Positions 20,593 to 30,447 of a stretch of DNA of 64,000 nucleotides are shown here, one piece after another. The notes beneath the pieces are model-generated. The model was given only the letters and a program-made list of their open reading frames with translations, did not search any database and was not told the DNA's origin. Each line of letters starts with the position of its first letter. Positions within the stretch are counted from its first letter, which is position 1. Source of the DNA: an uncultured Spirochaetia bacterium (GTDB lineage Bacteria > Desulfobacterota_D > UBA1144 > Nemesobacterales > CSP1-2); assembly GCA_964389705.1 (NCBI GenBank), contig CAYMEO010000002.1, forward strand, positions 4,318-68,317, written 5' to 3'. The position numbers were made by a program, and so were the translations under genes.

Positions 20593-21651
20593 CTACTTAA
20601 CGGCTACCTTCTCGATCTCCTCAATGAGCGCATCAACGAGCTCTTCTTCCTTTACGGACTTGACGAGTTTGCCTTCTTTGTAGAGCATCCCCTTGCCGCG
20701 TCCTCCGGCTATGCCTAGATCGGCTTCCGTAGCTTCTCCGGGGCCGTTTACAACACACCCCAGAATGGCAACCTTGAGTGGTTTGTCAAAATGAAATTTC
20801 CTTACCCTTTCTTCAACCTCATCTACCAGTTTCATAAGGTCAATCTCAAGCCTTCCACACCCCGGACAGGATATTATCTCTACCCCGTTTTTTCTAATAC
20901 CCAAAGACCTTAGTATATCTATCCCGGCATAGACCTCCTGAACCGGATCACCCGTAAGAGATACCCTTATTGTATCTCCGATTCCTTCGGCAAGAAGGGT
21001 GCCTATTCCAATTGCCGACTTTATTGTTCCCATCCTTATTGTTCCCGCTTCTGTAACACCGAGGTGTAATGGGTAATCGGTTTTTTCAGCAATAATGCGG
21101 TAGGCCTTTATCATTGTCATTACATCTGTGGATTTCACAGATATCTTTATGTCCCTAAAATCCAAATCCTCTAGGATGCGCGCGTGCTTAAATGCACTCT
21201 CAGCGAGGGCTTCTGCAGTAGGGCTTCCATATTGCTTGAGTATCTCTTTTTCAAGGGAGCCGGAATTTACACCGATTCTTATAGGAATTCGTCTCTCTTT
21301 GGCAGCATCAACAACCGATTTGATCCTGGCCTTTGACCCTATGTTTCCAGGGTTGATTCTCAGCGCATCCACCCCTTGGTTTATTGCCTCAAGTGCCAGA
21401 CGGTAATCAAAATGAATATCCGAAACTATGGGGATGTTTACCTGCTTCTTTATCTCACCTAGAGATTTTGCGGATTCCATATCGGGAACGGCGAGTCTTA
21501 TTATGTCACAGCCCGCTTTTTCAAGTTCTCTTATCTGTGCTACTGTGGCGGGGATATCCCTTGTATCGGTTTTTGTCATAGACTGTACACTTATAGGGGC
21601 ACCACCGCCAATTTTTACATTTCCTACTGTAATCTGTCTTGTTTGTCTCAT
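20593..21651 (-). CDS. ispG: 4-hydroxy-3-methylbut-2-en-1-yl diphosphate synthase
   Basis: 'TRQITVGNVKIGGGAPISVQSMTKTDT' is the canonical GcpE/IspG N-terminus. C-terminal CxxC...C cluster ligands are present. Confidence 0.95.
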   Translation of the reverse strand: MRQTRQITVGNVKIGGGAPISVQSMTKTDTRDIPATVAQIRELEKAGCDIIRLAVPDMESAKSLGEIKKQVNIPIVSDIHFDYRLALEAINQGVDALRINPGNIGSKARIKSVVDAAKERRIPIRIGVNSGSLEKEILKQYGSPTAEALAESAFKHARILEDLDFRDIKISVKSTDVMTMIKAYRIIAEKTDYPLHLGVTEAGTIRMGTIKSAIGIGTLLAEGIGDTIRVSLTGDPVQEVYAGIDILRSLGIRKNGVEIISCPGCGRLEIDLMKLVDEVEERVRKFHFDKPLKVAILGCVVNGPGEATEADLGIAGGRGKGMLYKEGKLVKSVKEEELVDALIEEIEKVAVK

Positions 21652-21950
21652 TATGGATTTATTAGGTTATTGTCTTTACCATTTGGTGTCAAGGGGGGTA
21701 AATATAAGGTGGTTGCCCATGCTGTTACCCCTTAGGGATATAGGCATTTGAGCCCATATCCACAATACATATGGAGTTTGACACCATATCCTTTTCGTGA
21801 TTAAATAAAATTAGGGTTGTTATAGCTGTTTTTAGTCATTGTAGATCAAAAGAAGATTTGCTCAAATAAAAGGAATTCTGACCTCAGACGACCCGATAAG
21901 GCTTTGTATATATAGTTTATCTTTTGAATTTTTAAGCTTGGAGGCAAAAT

Positions 21951-22352
21951 ATGGCGATAAAGAAGATCCTTTTAAAAAAGGAAGAGCCAAAGGAGTCCGA
22001 GAAGAAGGTTAATTTTACCACGTTTCAACATTCTCAAGGGCCTGATGAAGCAGTAGAACTAACTGAAGAGAAGGTACTAGAGTCTCTAAAGACAGTTCGC
22101 GATCCAGAGATTCCTGTAGATATTGTAAACCTAGGGCTGATTTATGATGTGAGAATCTCTGGAAGAAGTGTTTATATTAAAATGACTCTTACTACTCCTG
22201 GATGTGGAATGGGCAAGACCATTGCTAAGCAGGCGGAGAATGCCGTTAAATCTATTGGAGCAAAGGACGTTCTGGTTGAGATTGTATGGGATCCGCCCTG
22301 GAATATAGATATGATGAGCGATGAGGCAAGAGATATACTTGGCATAGGTTAA
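21951..22352 (+). CDS. DUF59/MIP18-family Fe-S assembly protein (SufT/PaaD-like)
   Basis: GGAGG RBS. 'VLESLKTVRDPEIPVDIVNLGLIYDV' DUF59 signature plus 'TTPGCGMG'. Confidence 0.7.
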   Translation: MAIKKILLKKEEPKESEKKVNFTTFQHSQGPDEAVELTEEKVLESLKTVRDPEIPVDIVNLGLIYDVRISGRSVYIKMTLTTPGCGMGKTIAKQAENAVKSIGAKDVLVEIVWDPPWNIDMMSDEARDILGIG

Positions 22353-22440
22353 TGTCTGATGTTATATGCACTTATAGTGGGTTGCCGTGATCTTAGGTGA
22401 AAGTTTAGAGCACCTATGAATTCTTTGAAAATTAAAGTCT

Positions 22441-22830
22441 ATGGTACAACCGATATATAAGTATAAAGGTTCTCTGAAACACAAGGAGGCGAATTCACGC
22501 CTGAAATGGGTTCGAAGGCTTGCTTATCTACTTGGTAATTCTATTTGCATTCCGGTAATCGGATATAGAATTGGGATTGATCCAATCATAGGGCTTATAC
22601 CCGGAGCAGGGAATACCCTTGGAACGATTCTCTCGTTGTATATTGTGCTCGAAGCGAGTAGAATAGGGGTTTCAAGAAAGACACTACTACGTATGATTTA
22701 TAATATTGGATTTGACACATTGATTGGAGCGGTGCCAATCCTTGGAGATATATTTGATGCTACTTGGAAGGCAAATTTAAAAAACTTTGCTTTATTGGGC
22801 AAATACATTAATTCCTTGAAGTCTAATTAA
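22441..22830 (+). CDS. DUF4112-family small membrane protein
   Basis: 'IGIDPIIGLIPGAGNTLGTILSLYIVLEA' is a DUF4112-type motif. Weak RBS, so the start is uncertain. Confidence 0.55.
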   Translation: MVQPIYKYKGSLKHKEANSRLKWVRRLAYLLGNSICIPVIGYRIGIDPIIGLIPGAGNTLGTILSLYIVLEASRIGVSRKTLLRMIYNIGFDTLIGAVPILGDIFDATWKANLKNFALLGKYINSLKSN

Positions 22831-22963
22831 TATTAAATCCATAAATAGTTGTGCCATTGTGGGTGAAGAGTAGAGATGTTTGGTACCTGTATTAGGGTTT
22901 TTACCGGTTTAGGGAAATAGCTCAGTATGATCTGATGAGTACCAAAATTCAGGGAGGATTAAT

Positions 22964-24025
22964 ATGGAATTAAACCCCGAAGGGATCCGAAATATCCTCA
23001 AAAAGGTAAAATATCCGGGCTTCTCAAGAGATATAGTCTCATTTGGGATTGTAAAAGACATAGGTGTAGAGGGCTCAAAGGTCACTGTTTCACTTCTTCT
23101 CCCTAAGCCTGATGAAAAGCTTGAGTTGGAGATAGGGGAATCTGTAAGAAAGACGCTTCTGGAGTCCCCCGGAGTTTCCGAGGTAGATGTTCGTATAGGA
23201 GTAAGAGAATTAAAAAGGGCACCCGGTCAGCTAGGGCAGTCAGAAGCCGCCCGGAGGATGCAAGGGCCGGGGATTAAATACTTCATAGCCGTTGCAAGTG
23301 GCAAAGGCGGGGTTGGAAAATCCACTGTGGCGGTGAATCTTGCCCTTGCAATCTCTAAAAAGAGAAAGAACGTGGGTCTCTTGGATGCAGATGTCTGGGG
23401 GCCAAGTATCCCCATTATGATGGGCCTAAATGAAAGACCAGTGGCGACACCTGAGAAAAAGATTATTCCTCTTGAGAAATATGGATTAAGGCTTATGTCT
23501 ATAGGGTTTCTCATAGACGAGGATGATACCGTGATATGGAGAGGTCCTATGGTTCATGGGGCGGTAAAGCAGTTTGTAGAAGATGTGGACTGGAGGGGAA
23601 CTGATTATCTAGTAGTTGACCTTCCGCCGGGCACAGGGGATGCCCAGCTTTCCCTTATTCAAACTGTGCCCCTTAGTGGGGGCGTAATTGTCACAACCCC
23701 TCAGGATGTGGCTCTTATTGATGTAAGGCGTGGGGTGCAGATGTTTAGGAAATTAAACGTTCCGGTCTTAGGTGTGGTAGAAAATATGAGCTACTTAGTT
23801 TGCCCCCATTGCGGAGGAGAGATAGATATATTTAGTAGAGGCGGTGGGAGGAGGATGTCTGATAAATTCAATGTGCCTTTTTTAGGTGAGATCCCAATTG
23901 ACCCGGAGATCAGAAAGGGCGGAGATGAGGGAAATCCAATAGTCATATCCCATCCCGAAAGCCCCGCAGCAAAGGCGTTTATGGATGTAGCTGAGGGGGT
24001 TCTAAAAGCTATAGAAGCCACGTAA
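22964..24025 (+). CDS. apbC: Fe-S cluster carrier ATPase Mrp/ApbC (NBP35 family) with N-terminal DUF59 domain
   Basis: AGGGAGG RBS. N-terminal DUF59 domain, deviant Walker A 'VASGKGGVGKST', and a CxxC motif ('CPHCGG'). Confidence 0.9.
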   Translation: MELNPEGIRNILKKVKYPGFSRDIVSFGIVKDIGVEGSKVTVSLLLPKPDEKLELEIGESVRKTLLESPGVSEVDVRIGVRELKRAPGQLGQSEAARRMQGPGIKYFIAVASGKGGVGKSTVAVNLALAISKKRKNVGLLDADVWGPSIPIMMGLNERPVATPEKKIIPLEKYGLRLMSIGFLIDEDDTVIWRGPMVHGAVKQFVEDVDWRGTDYLVVDLPPGTGDAQLSLIQTVPLSGGVIVTTPQDVALIDVRRGVQMFRKLNVPVLGVVENMSYLVCPHCGGEIDIFSRGGGRRMSDKFNVPFLGEIPIDPEIRKGGDEGNPIVISHPESPAAKAFMDVAEGVLKAIEAT

Positions 24026-24165
24026 TCGGGGCTTTCATTATTATTGCGATAAACAAGATTCTGAAGCAATATCAAATGTAATTAGTGGATTGATTCGCTT
24101 TGTCACAAAGACAATTACGGGGATGAGATGGTAAGATTATATGCCTCCTCTTTTATAAAAATTGC

Positions 24166-24196
24166 CTTGACTCACTTCAGATGGTGATTATTTTTT
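24166..24196 (+). promoter_or_regulatory. Conserved promoter element upstream of hsp20 paralog 2
   Basis: 'CTTGACTCACTTCAGATGGTGATTATTTTTT', ending 42 nt before the ATG. Near-identical to the element at 11812-11843. Confidence 0.45.
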
Positions 24197-24237
24197 AGGG
24201 TAGAAGAAACAAAATAAAAAAGAGGAGGTAGATAGAA

Positions 24238-24696
24238 ATGGCTAGGGGATTGAGAATATTTGATCCCTGGAGAGACTTTGGTACTCTTCAGGAAAGGATA
24301 AACAGAATTTTTGATGAGACAATGAGGGCGCTTTATCCACAAGAAGGTGAGGAGCTAGAAAGAGGAACCTGGATACCTGCTGTAGATATACATGAGACTG
24401 AGGATAATTATGTAGTAAAAGCGGATCTTCCCGGAATGAAGAAAGAGGATATTCAAATTGACCTAAAAGACAGCACCCTCACCATAAGGGGAGAGAAGAA
24501 GTTCGAGGAGAAGGTATCAAAGGATAACTACATAAGAACCGAACGTGCATACGGAACATTCGTGCGTAGCTTTACACTCCCAAACAATGTGGATGCGGAG
24601 AAGATCAAGGCATCTTATAAAGACGGTGTTCTTGAACTTACACTCCCAAAGAAGGAAGAGGCAAAACCGAAACAGATAAAAGTCGAGGTCAGTTAA
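24238..24696 (+). CDS. Hsp20/alpha-crystallin family small heat-shock protein (paralog 2)
   Basis: GAGGAGG RBS. Alpha-crystallin domain. Paralogous to the protein at 11884-12357. Confidence 0.85.
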   Translation: MARGLRIFDPWRDFGTLQERINRIFDETMRALYPQEGEELERGTWIPAVDIHETEDNYVVKADLPGMKKEDIQIDLKDSTLTIRGEKKFEEKVSKDNYIRTERAYGTFVRSFTLPNNVDAEKIKASYKDGVLELTLPKKEEAKPKQIKVEVS

Positions 24697-24703
24697 AAAA
24701 GGG

Positions 24704-24725
24704 GGGCAGACCTCTGTGTCTGCCC
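24704..24725 (+). terminator. Hairpin terminator after hsp20 paralog 2
   Basis: GGGCAGAC-ctctgt-GTCTGCCC is a perfect 8-bp stem, flanked by an A-run upstream and TT downstream. Confidence 0.4.
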
Positions 24726-24777
24726 TTGGCAAGGAGGCAATCCGCAGGGGGTTTTCATTACAGTAGTATATGACATC

Positions 24778-24806
24778 TTGACATTACCGCAGTTACTAGA
24801 TTAAGT
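24778..24806 (+). promoter_or_regulatory. Putative promoter of the cbpA-like operon with tandem TGACAT repeat
   Basis: TTGACA (24778-24783) with a 17-nt spacer to TTAAGT. Tandem TGACAT-ct-TGACAT (24771-24785) overlaps the -35 hexamer. Confidence 0.3.
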
Positions 24807-24850
24807 TTTGAACTATTCTTATAAAGAGGAAGAGGCGGTTTTTTTAAGAT

Positions 24851-25789
24851 ATGGCATCAAAGCGGGATTATTATGAAGTCTTAGGCGTAAAGAGGGACGC
24901 TTCTAAAGAGGATATAAAAAAGGCTTACCGAAGGCTGGCTAGGCGCTACCATCCTGATTTAAACCCCGGAAATAAAGAGGCTGAAGAGAGGTTTAAAGAG
25001 ATTCAGGAGGCCTATTCGGTTCTCTCTAATGATGAGAAAAGAAAGGCTTATGATACCTTTGGTACTGCTGAGCCTCAGCCAGGGGCTGGGGCAGGAAGAA
25101 CGACGTGGAGATGGCAAGAGAGTTCGCCAGAGGGGTTTCAATTCAGTTTTGGGGACTTCGCAGGACTTGAAGATATCCTCAGTGATATATTTGGCACGGG
25201 AGAGGGAGCGAGAGGACGCGGGAGAGGTCGAGATATTGAATATCAAATAGAGATAGATTTCGAAACTGCCATCAAAGGTGGAACAAGAGACATTACAATT
25301 AACAGAGATGTCGGCGGAAAACTCGTGACTGAAACTATATCTGTAAGAATTCCGCCAGGGGTTGATAATGGCTCTCGAATCAGGGTTCCTGGAAAAGGTG
25401 GAGAGGGACGAAGGGGTGGTAGTGCGGGAGATCTCTATCTTACAGTGAAGGTTAGGCCACACCCTATTTTTCAACGCGATCAGAACGACATTTATCTTGA
25501 ACTTCCAATTACTGTCTATGAGGCCGCGCTTGGTGCCCGAATCAGTGTTCCCACTATTGATGGAACGGCTGTGGTAACGATCCCTCCTGGGGTACAGAGT
25601 GGGACAAAACTCAGGCTTCGCGGGAAAGGAGTGCCTCATCTAAGAGATGGGGAGCGGGGGGATCAGTATGTTGTGGTGAAGATTGTTCTACCTGAGCAGA
25701 TGAGCGAAAATGCCAAAAAAAAGTTTGAGGATTTGGCAAGAACAATTCCCTACAATCCAAGGGTGTATCTTGAGAAGTATCTGAGATGA
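24851..25789 (+). CDS. DnaJ-class co-chaperone lacking zinc-finger domain (CbpA-like)
   Basis: J-domain with HPD ('[23 protein letters not shown]'). G/F-rich linker. DnaJ C-terminal domains are present but there is no CxxCxGxG repeat region. Confidence 0.8.
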   Translation: MASKRDYYEVLGVKRDASKEDIKKAYRRLARRYHPDLNPGNKEAEERFKEIQEAYSVLSNDEKRKAYDTFGTAEPQPGAGAGRTTWRWQESSPEGFQFSFGDFAGLEDILSDIFGTGEGARGRGRGRDIEYQIEIDFETAIKGGTRDITINRDVGGKLVTETISVRIPPGVDNGSRIRVPGKGGEGRRGGSAGDLYLTVKVRPHPIFQRDQNDIYLELPITVYEAALGARISVPTIDGTAVVTIPPGVQSGTKLRLRGKGVPHLRDGERGDQYVVVKIVLPEQMSENAKKKFEDLARTIPYNPRVYLEKYLR

Positions 25790-26088
25790 AACGATATTCT
25801 TTAAAAGCTTTAGTAGAGATCCTTGAGGTTACACCGAGCTTTGTAAAAAGGCTTGAGGAGGCGGAGATTATTCTGCCTACAGTAGAGGGGGATGAAACCT
25901 TCTACACTGAGCGCGATGTAAGAAAACTTCTTCTGGCTAAAGACCTGAAGGAAATGGGGGTTAATCTCGCAGGAATTGAGGTAATACTTGATATGAGTGA
26001 TCGCATGTTAACAATAAGAAAAGAGGCTAATGAGACTTTACATAGGCTTCTTAAATACATAAGCGAGAATATAAGCCCAAGGGGATAA
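25786..26088 (+). CDS. MerR-like small regulator (CbpM-like chaperone modulator)
   Basis: 100 aa with a MerR-type HTH-like N-terminus. Overlaps the cbpA-like stop (ATGA). CbpM is the canonical downstream partner of CbpA. Confidence 0.55.
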   Translation: MKRYSLKALVEILEVTPSFVKRLEEAEIILPTVEGDETFYTERDVRKLLLAKDLKEMGVNLAGIEVILDMSDRMLTIRKEANETLHRLLKYISENISPRG

Positions 26089-26103
26089 AAAGGAGAGAGA
26101 CAA

Positions 26104-26397
26104 ATGGCTGAAGAGAAAAAAACCGGTCAGAGTGAAGGCTTTAAAATGGATTTTTCTACATTTGTGCTTTCTCTAAACGCCTCTGCCTTGATTCATTTGG
26201 GTGAGATTCCCGATCCTGCGTCCAAAGAGAGAACAGTGAGTTTACCCGCGGCAAAACACACAATCGAAATTCTAGAAATAATTAAGGAGAAAACAAAGGG
26301 AAACCTAGACGGTGATGAGGAGAAGCTCCTTGACGATGTACTTTTTAACCTGAGGATGAAGTATATTAAGGGTCTTCAGCCTGAGAAGAAGGGTTGA
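26104..26397 (+). CDS. DUF1844-family protein
   Basis: AAGGAG RBS. 'FSTFVLSLNASALIHLGEIPDP' is typical of DUF1844. Confidence 0.5.
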   Translation: MAEEKKTGQSEGFKMDFSTFVLSLNASALIHLGEIPDPASKERTVSLPAAKHTIEILEIIKEKTKGNLDGDEEKLLDDVLFNLRMKYIKGLQPEKKG

Positions 26398-26444
26398 TTA
26401 GACATAAGCACTGGTAAAGTGTATTGTTCGAGTTCTCATGAGAC

Positions 26445-27182
26445 TTACTCTTGATTATTTAGTTTTACTGAGGCAGTTTCATCAAAAAAGCGGTATGTAT
26501 TTATAACCAGCGCCTCTGTCTGGTCTTTTCCAATTAGTTCTTCTAAAACTTTTAAACCATCCGTTATGATAGGCGGTCTTTTTTCAATAGAATGCGCATC
26601 GGAGGCTATAGCATCAATTATTCCATCCTTTGCAAATTGAATAGCGCATCGCTTGGCCTTTTCCCCAAAGCTTCCGCAAAGGCTTCCTGATGTAACCTGT
26701 ACAAGGGCTCCGGCGCTGGTTAGTTCTAAAATCTTTTTTGGGTTCTTCTGAATCTCTTGGTTTCTCTCTGGATGGGCTAAGATCGGGTGTATTCCCATGA
26801 CCTTGAGATTAAAAATAATCTCCTCAATTCCGTGGGGTATAGAAACAAAAGGGGTTTCAACCAGAAGGTAACGGCTTCCTCCCAGTGTTAGAACCTCGCC
26901 TGATGATACAAGCTTAGGCAGATTCTCTGAAATCCCAACCTCCATACCGGGCAGGACATTAAGGGGTATTTCATTCTCCCTCAGTTTCTTATTTAACTCA
27001 TCTACCTTCTTTTTGATTGTGTTGGGATTTGGCTCCCACTTTGTTCCCTGAATCCAGTGAGGGGTTACAATAGCCATCCGTATTCCATCTTGCGAAGCTA
27101 TCCTTGCCATATCCAGAGTCTCTTCCCATGAACTCGGCCCGTCATCTACATTTGGAAGCAGATGACAGTGAATATCTATCAT
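26445..27182 (-). CDS. PHP-domain Mn-dependent protein-tyrosine phosphatase (CpsB/YwqE family)
   Basis: GGGAGG RBS. N-terminal 'MIDIHCHLLPNVDDGP' is the CpsB/YwqE signature. Confidence 0.7.
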   Translation of the reverse strand: MIDIHCHLLPNVDDGPSSWEETLDMARIASQDGIRMAIVTPHWIQGTKWEPNPNTIKKKVDELNKKLRENEIPLNVLPGMEVGISENLPKLVSSGEVLTLGGSRYLLVETPFVSIPHGIEEIIFNLKVMGIHPILAHPERNQEIQKNPKKILELTSAGALVQVTSGSLCGSFGEKAKRCAIQFAKDGIIDAIASDAHSIEKRPPIITDGLKVLEELIGKDQTEALVINTYRFFDETASVKLNNQE

Positions 27183-27317
27183 TCCAGTATCCTCCCATTT
27201 GAAAAACCATAAATCTACTGTGATTTACACATTTTCACAACTCTATTATAATTATGTGATAAAAAATGATTTTCACCAATATTTTATGAGAAAAGGTTTT
27301 CTTAACCCTGAAGGGGA

Positions 27318-28784
27318 ATGCCTATATTATCTATTATCAAGCGTTTTGGGGAACTGAGGGTTCTTGTTATAGGGGATATTATGCTAGATCGGTATGCCTG
27401 GGGGAGGGTTATGAAAATATCCCCTGAAGCCCCTGTACCAGTTCTCAAGGTCTTGAGCGAAAATCTCTTGCCAGGCGGCGCAGCAAACGTGGGTTCAAAT
27501 CTGAGAAGCTTGGGGGCATCTGTTGAAATCTGTGGGGTCATTGGCAGGGATTATGAAGGGGAAAGATTGTTAGGGCTTCTCGAACAGATCGGAATAAATT
27601 CAAAAAATATAATTCTCGACTCTCAAAGGCCCACAACCACAAAAACCAGGCTTATTGCCGGGGCTCAGCAGATTGCCAGAATGGATAGAGAAGAAACAAA
27701 ACCGATTTCAGACGAGTTGAAAAGTCGGCTTATGAAGGTGGTTACGAAATCAATTGAAGAGTGCCCACCTCATGGAATAATAATCTCTGATTATGCCAAG
27801 GGCGTAATCAGAGAGGACTTATCGGGTGAAATCATCTATTTGGCAAAAAATAGAGGAATCTTTGTGGCAGTAGATCCGAAGGGGAGGAATTTTGCTAAAT
27901 ATAGTGGAGCAAATGTGATTACACCTAACCAGAAAGAGGCCGAAGAGGTATGTGGGTTCTCAATCGAAGATGAGACGACCCTTAGAAGGGCAATTGAGAT
28001 TTTAATGAAAGAGACTAATGCGGATTGCGTTCTAATTACGCGGGGAAAACACGGAATCAGCTTTTGTACTAAAGGGGACGAGGTGAAAACGATTCCATCA
28101 GATGCAAGGGAGGTCTTTGATGTTACAGGGGCGGGCGATACTGTAGTAAGCGTATTCACGCTCTCTTATCTTTCATCAAAGTCATGGGATGATTCAGTGA
28201 GGATTGCAAATCTGGCAGCCGGAATTGTAGTCGGTCGGGTTGGGACGGCAACGGTTACTCAGTCGGATTTGATTGATCATATTGAGAACAGTAGGTATTT
28301 AATTAGGGGGAAAATACTCTCAAGGGAGACACTTCTGGCAACCGTTTCTCAACTGAAGGCGAAGGGGAAGAGAATCGTCTTTACAAATGGCTGTTTTGAT
28401 CTTTTTCATATAGGGCACTTGAAGCTCCTTAAGGAGGCAAGGGGGTTGGGGGACAGGCTTGTTGTAGCTATCAACAGTGATAGCTCTGTAAGAAGGTTAA
28501 AAGGGGAGGGTAGGCCGCTTATATCGGAAAATGATAGAGCGCACATCATCGCCGCACTCGATTGTGTGGATTATGTCTCTTTGTTTTCGGAGGACACTCC
28601 GATTGAGTTGATTAAGATGTTAAAGCCCGATGTTCTTGTAAAAGGGGGTGATTATACCCCCGACACAGTTGTTGGAAGGGATTTTGTAGAGAGCTATGGT
28701 GGTAGGGTCTGTATAATTCCTCTTGTCGAGGGCATATCAACATCGGTTTTGTTGGGTAGAATAAAAAACGAATTTGAAAATTAG
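27318..28784 (+). CDS. hldE: Bifunctional D-beta-D-heptose 7-phosphate kinase / D-beta-D-heptose 1-phosphate adenylyltransferase
   Basis: 488 aa. N-terminal PfkB-type kinase domain (VLVIGDIMLDRY...GAGDT) and C-terminal cytidylyltransferase-like domain (VFTNGCFDLFHIGH). Confidence 0.9.
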   Translation: MPILSIIKRFGELRVLVIGDIMLDRYAWGRVMKISPEAPVPVLKVLSENLLPGGAANVGSNLRSLGASVEICGVIGRDYEGERLLGLLEQIGINSKNIILDSQRPTTTKTRLIAGAQQIARMDREETKPISDELKSRLMKVVTKSIEECPPHGIIISDYAKGVIREDLSGEIIYLAKNRGIFVAVDPKGRNFAKYSGANVITPNQKEAEEVCGFSIEDETTLRRAIEILMKETNADCVLITRGKHGISFCTKGDEVKTIPSDAREVFDVTGAGDTVVSVFTLSYLSSKSWDDSVRIANLAAGIVVGRVGTATVTQSDLIDHIENSRYLIRGKILSRETLLATVSQLKAKGKRIVFTNGCFDLFHIGHLKLLKEARGLGDRLVVAINSDSSVRRLKGEGRPLISENDRAHIIAALDCVDYVSLFSEDTPIELIKMLKPDVLVKGGDYTPDTVVGRDFVESYGGRVCIIPLVEGISTSVLLGRIKNEFEN

Positions 28785-29545
28785 AGTTTTTCTCTTCTTT
28801 TGCAAAGAGACGTTAAGTAACCCTTTGCATTTACTCCCAGAGCACTTTCAGGAGAGATTTCGGCCACCCTTTTAAATGAGGCGCAGGCATCTTCTACTTT
28901 TCCTATTTTTAGGTAGGCAAGCCCCAGATTATAATGGGCCTCGTCATAGAGATCGTAGCCATCTACGGCCTTTTTAAATTCTTCTATCGCCTCTTCCTCT
29001 TTTCCGGTTGACATATAGAGTATCCCAAGCTCATTGTGTGTATAGACAAGGGCAGGATTTATTTCAAGCGATTTTTGATAGCATTCCCTTGCCTTATCAA
29101 TATTTCCTTTTCTGAAATATGCTACTCCCAGGCTTGTAAAGGCTTTATCCCTTGATCTATAAACCAGGTCTGATGCTGCCTTAGTGCATTGCTCAATAGC
29201 ATTATCCAATTCATCCAGGGTGAGATATAAACCGCACAGATTATATCTCGCTTCAGAATAATCCGATTTGAGGTTTATTGCCTTCTTATATGACTTCTCA
29301 GCTTCTTTGTATGCCTTCAGTCCAAAATATATGAGTCCCTCGATGTTGTATACCTCGGGATCGCTGCCATCAATTTTCTCTGCCTGTTTGATGTCTATAA
29401 GTGCCTGTTGGAAATTCCCTCTAAGAAGCGATGCCGTAGCGAGGCCTTTTTGATCGTTTAAGGTCTTTTCTTTACCGCTTTCCGCATTCTTTCCACCACA
29501 GGAAAATAGTAAGAAGACTGTTAAGGATAGGATATATACCCTCAT
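28781..29545 (-). CDS. TPR-repeat lipoprotein
   Basis: Signal peptide and lipobox (LLFSC|GG). Multiple TPR repeats (A..Y.LG.AY...G....A). Confidence 0.7.
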   Translation of the reverse strand: MRVYILSLTVFLLFSCGGKNAESGKEKTLNDQKGLATASLLRGNFQQALIDIKQAEKIDGSDPEVYNIEGLIYFGLKAYKEAEKSYKKAINLKSDYSEARYNLCGLYLTLDELDNAIEQCTKAASDLVYRSRDKAFTSLGVAYFRKGNIDKARECYQKSLEINPALVYTHNELGILYMSTGKEEEAIEEFKKAVDGYDLYDEAHYNLGLAYLKIGKVEDACASFKRVAEISPESALGVNAKGYLTSLCKRREKL

Positions 29546-29547
29546 GT

Positions 29548-30447
29548 TTAGTCCAGATTGGAGAGCTTGAGGAATGCCAAAAATCTTGTCTCTATTTCTT
29601 CCTTACATAGGTTGATCAGTTTATTTACGCTGAAGTCCTCAACTGTAAAAGATGCAACAACACTTCCATAAACAACGGCCCTTTTGAATCCGGAACTGGG
29701 GGAATCATCGCTTGAAATGTATCCCATAAACCCACCTGCAAATGTATCACCGGCTCCGGTTGGATCAACTACCTCTTCGAGAGGATAACTGGGTGCCCAG
29801 AATATACCCTCTTTTGAAAACATCAGAGCACCGTATTCACCTCTTTTTACAATAAGAACCTGGGGTCCCATGTTGATTATGGTTCTAGCGGCTTTCATAA
29901 TTCCCGGTTCCTGTGCCAACTCCCTTGCCTCTGAGTCGTTAATCATAAGTATGTTTACGTGACTTAAAACCTCTCTTAGTTCCTTTGGCTTTTTCTCTAT
30001 CCAGTAATTCATCGTATCGCATGCAACGAGCTTTGGTTTTTTTACCTGCTTTAACACATGCATCTGTAGCTCAGGATTGATATTTGCAAGAAAAACATAA
30101 TCGGCTTCGCTGTAGTCCTCAGGTATTACAGGATCAAAATTCTCAAAAACATTAAGATACGTTCCTATGGTCTCGGGGTCTCTGAGGTCATATCCGTACC
30201 TTCCATGCCATCTGAAGGTCTTCCCCGATGCCCTTTGTATTCCTTTTATCTCTATCCCTTTGGATTCAAAAAGTTGAATATATTTATCTGGGAAGTCTTC
30301 GCCTATTACGGCTACGATTTTTACATCCGTAAACAGGCTCGCGGCAAGCGAAAAGTATGATGCTGAGCCACCGAGAACCTCTTTGACCTCTCCGAATGGG
30401 GTCTCAACTGTATCAAGTGCTATGGAGCCCACAACTAATACGCTCAT
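29548..30447 (-). CDS. PfkB-family carbohydrate/nucleoside kinase
   Basis: AAGAGG RBS. PfkB motifs 'GGSASYFSLAA' and 'DPTGAGDTFAGGF'. Lies immediately downstream of the MTA phosphorylase gene. Confidence 0.75.
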   Translation of the reverse strand: MSVLVVGSIALDTVETPFGEVKEVLGGSASYFSLAASLFTDVKIVAVIGEDFPDKYIQLFESKGIEIKGIQRASGKTFRWHGRYGYDLRDPETIGTYLNVFENFDPVIPEDYSEADYVFLANINPELQMHVLKQVKKPKLVACDTMNYWIEKKPKELREVLSHVNILMINDSEARELAQEPGIMKAARTIINMGPQVLIVKRGEYGALMFSKEGIFWAPSYPLEEVVDPTGAGDTFAGGFMGYISSDDSPSSGFKRAVVYGSVVASFTVEDFSVNKLINLCKEEIETRFLAFLKLSNLD

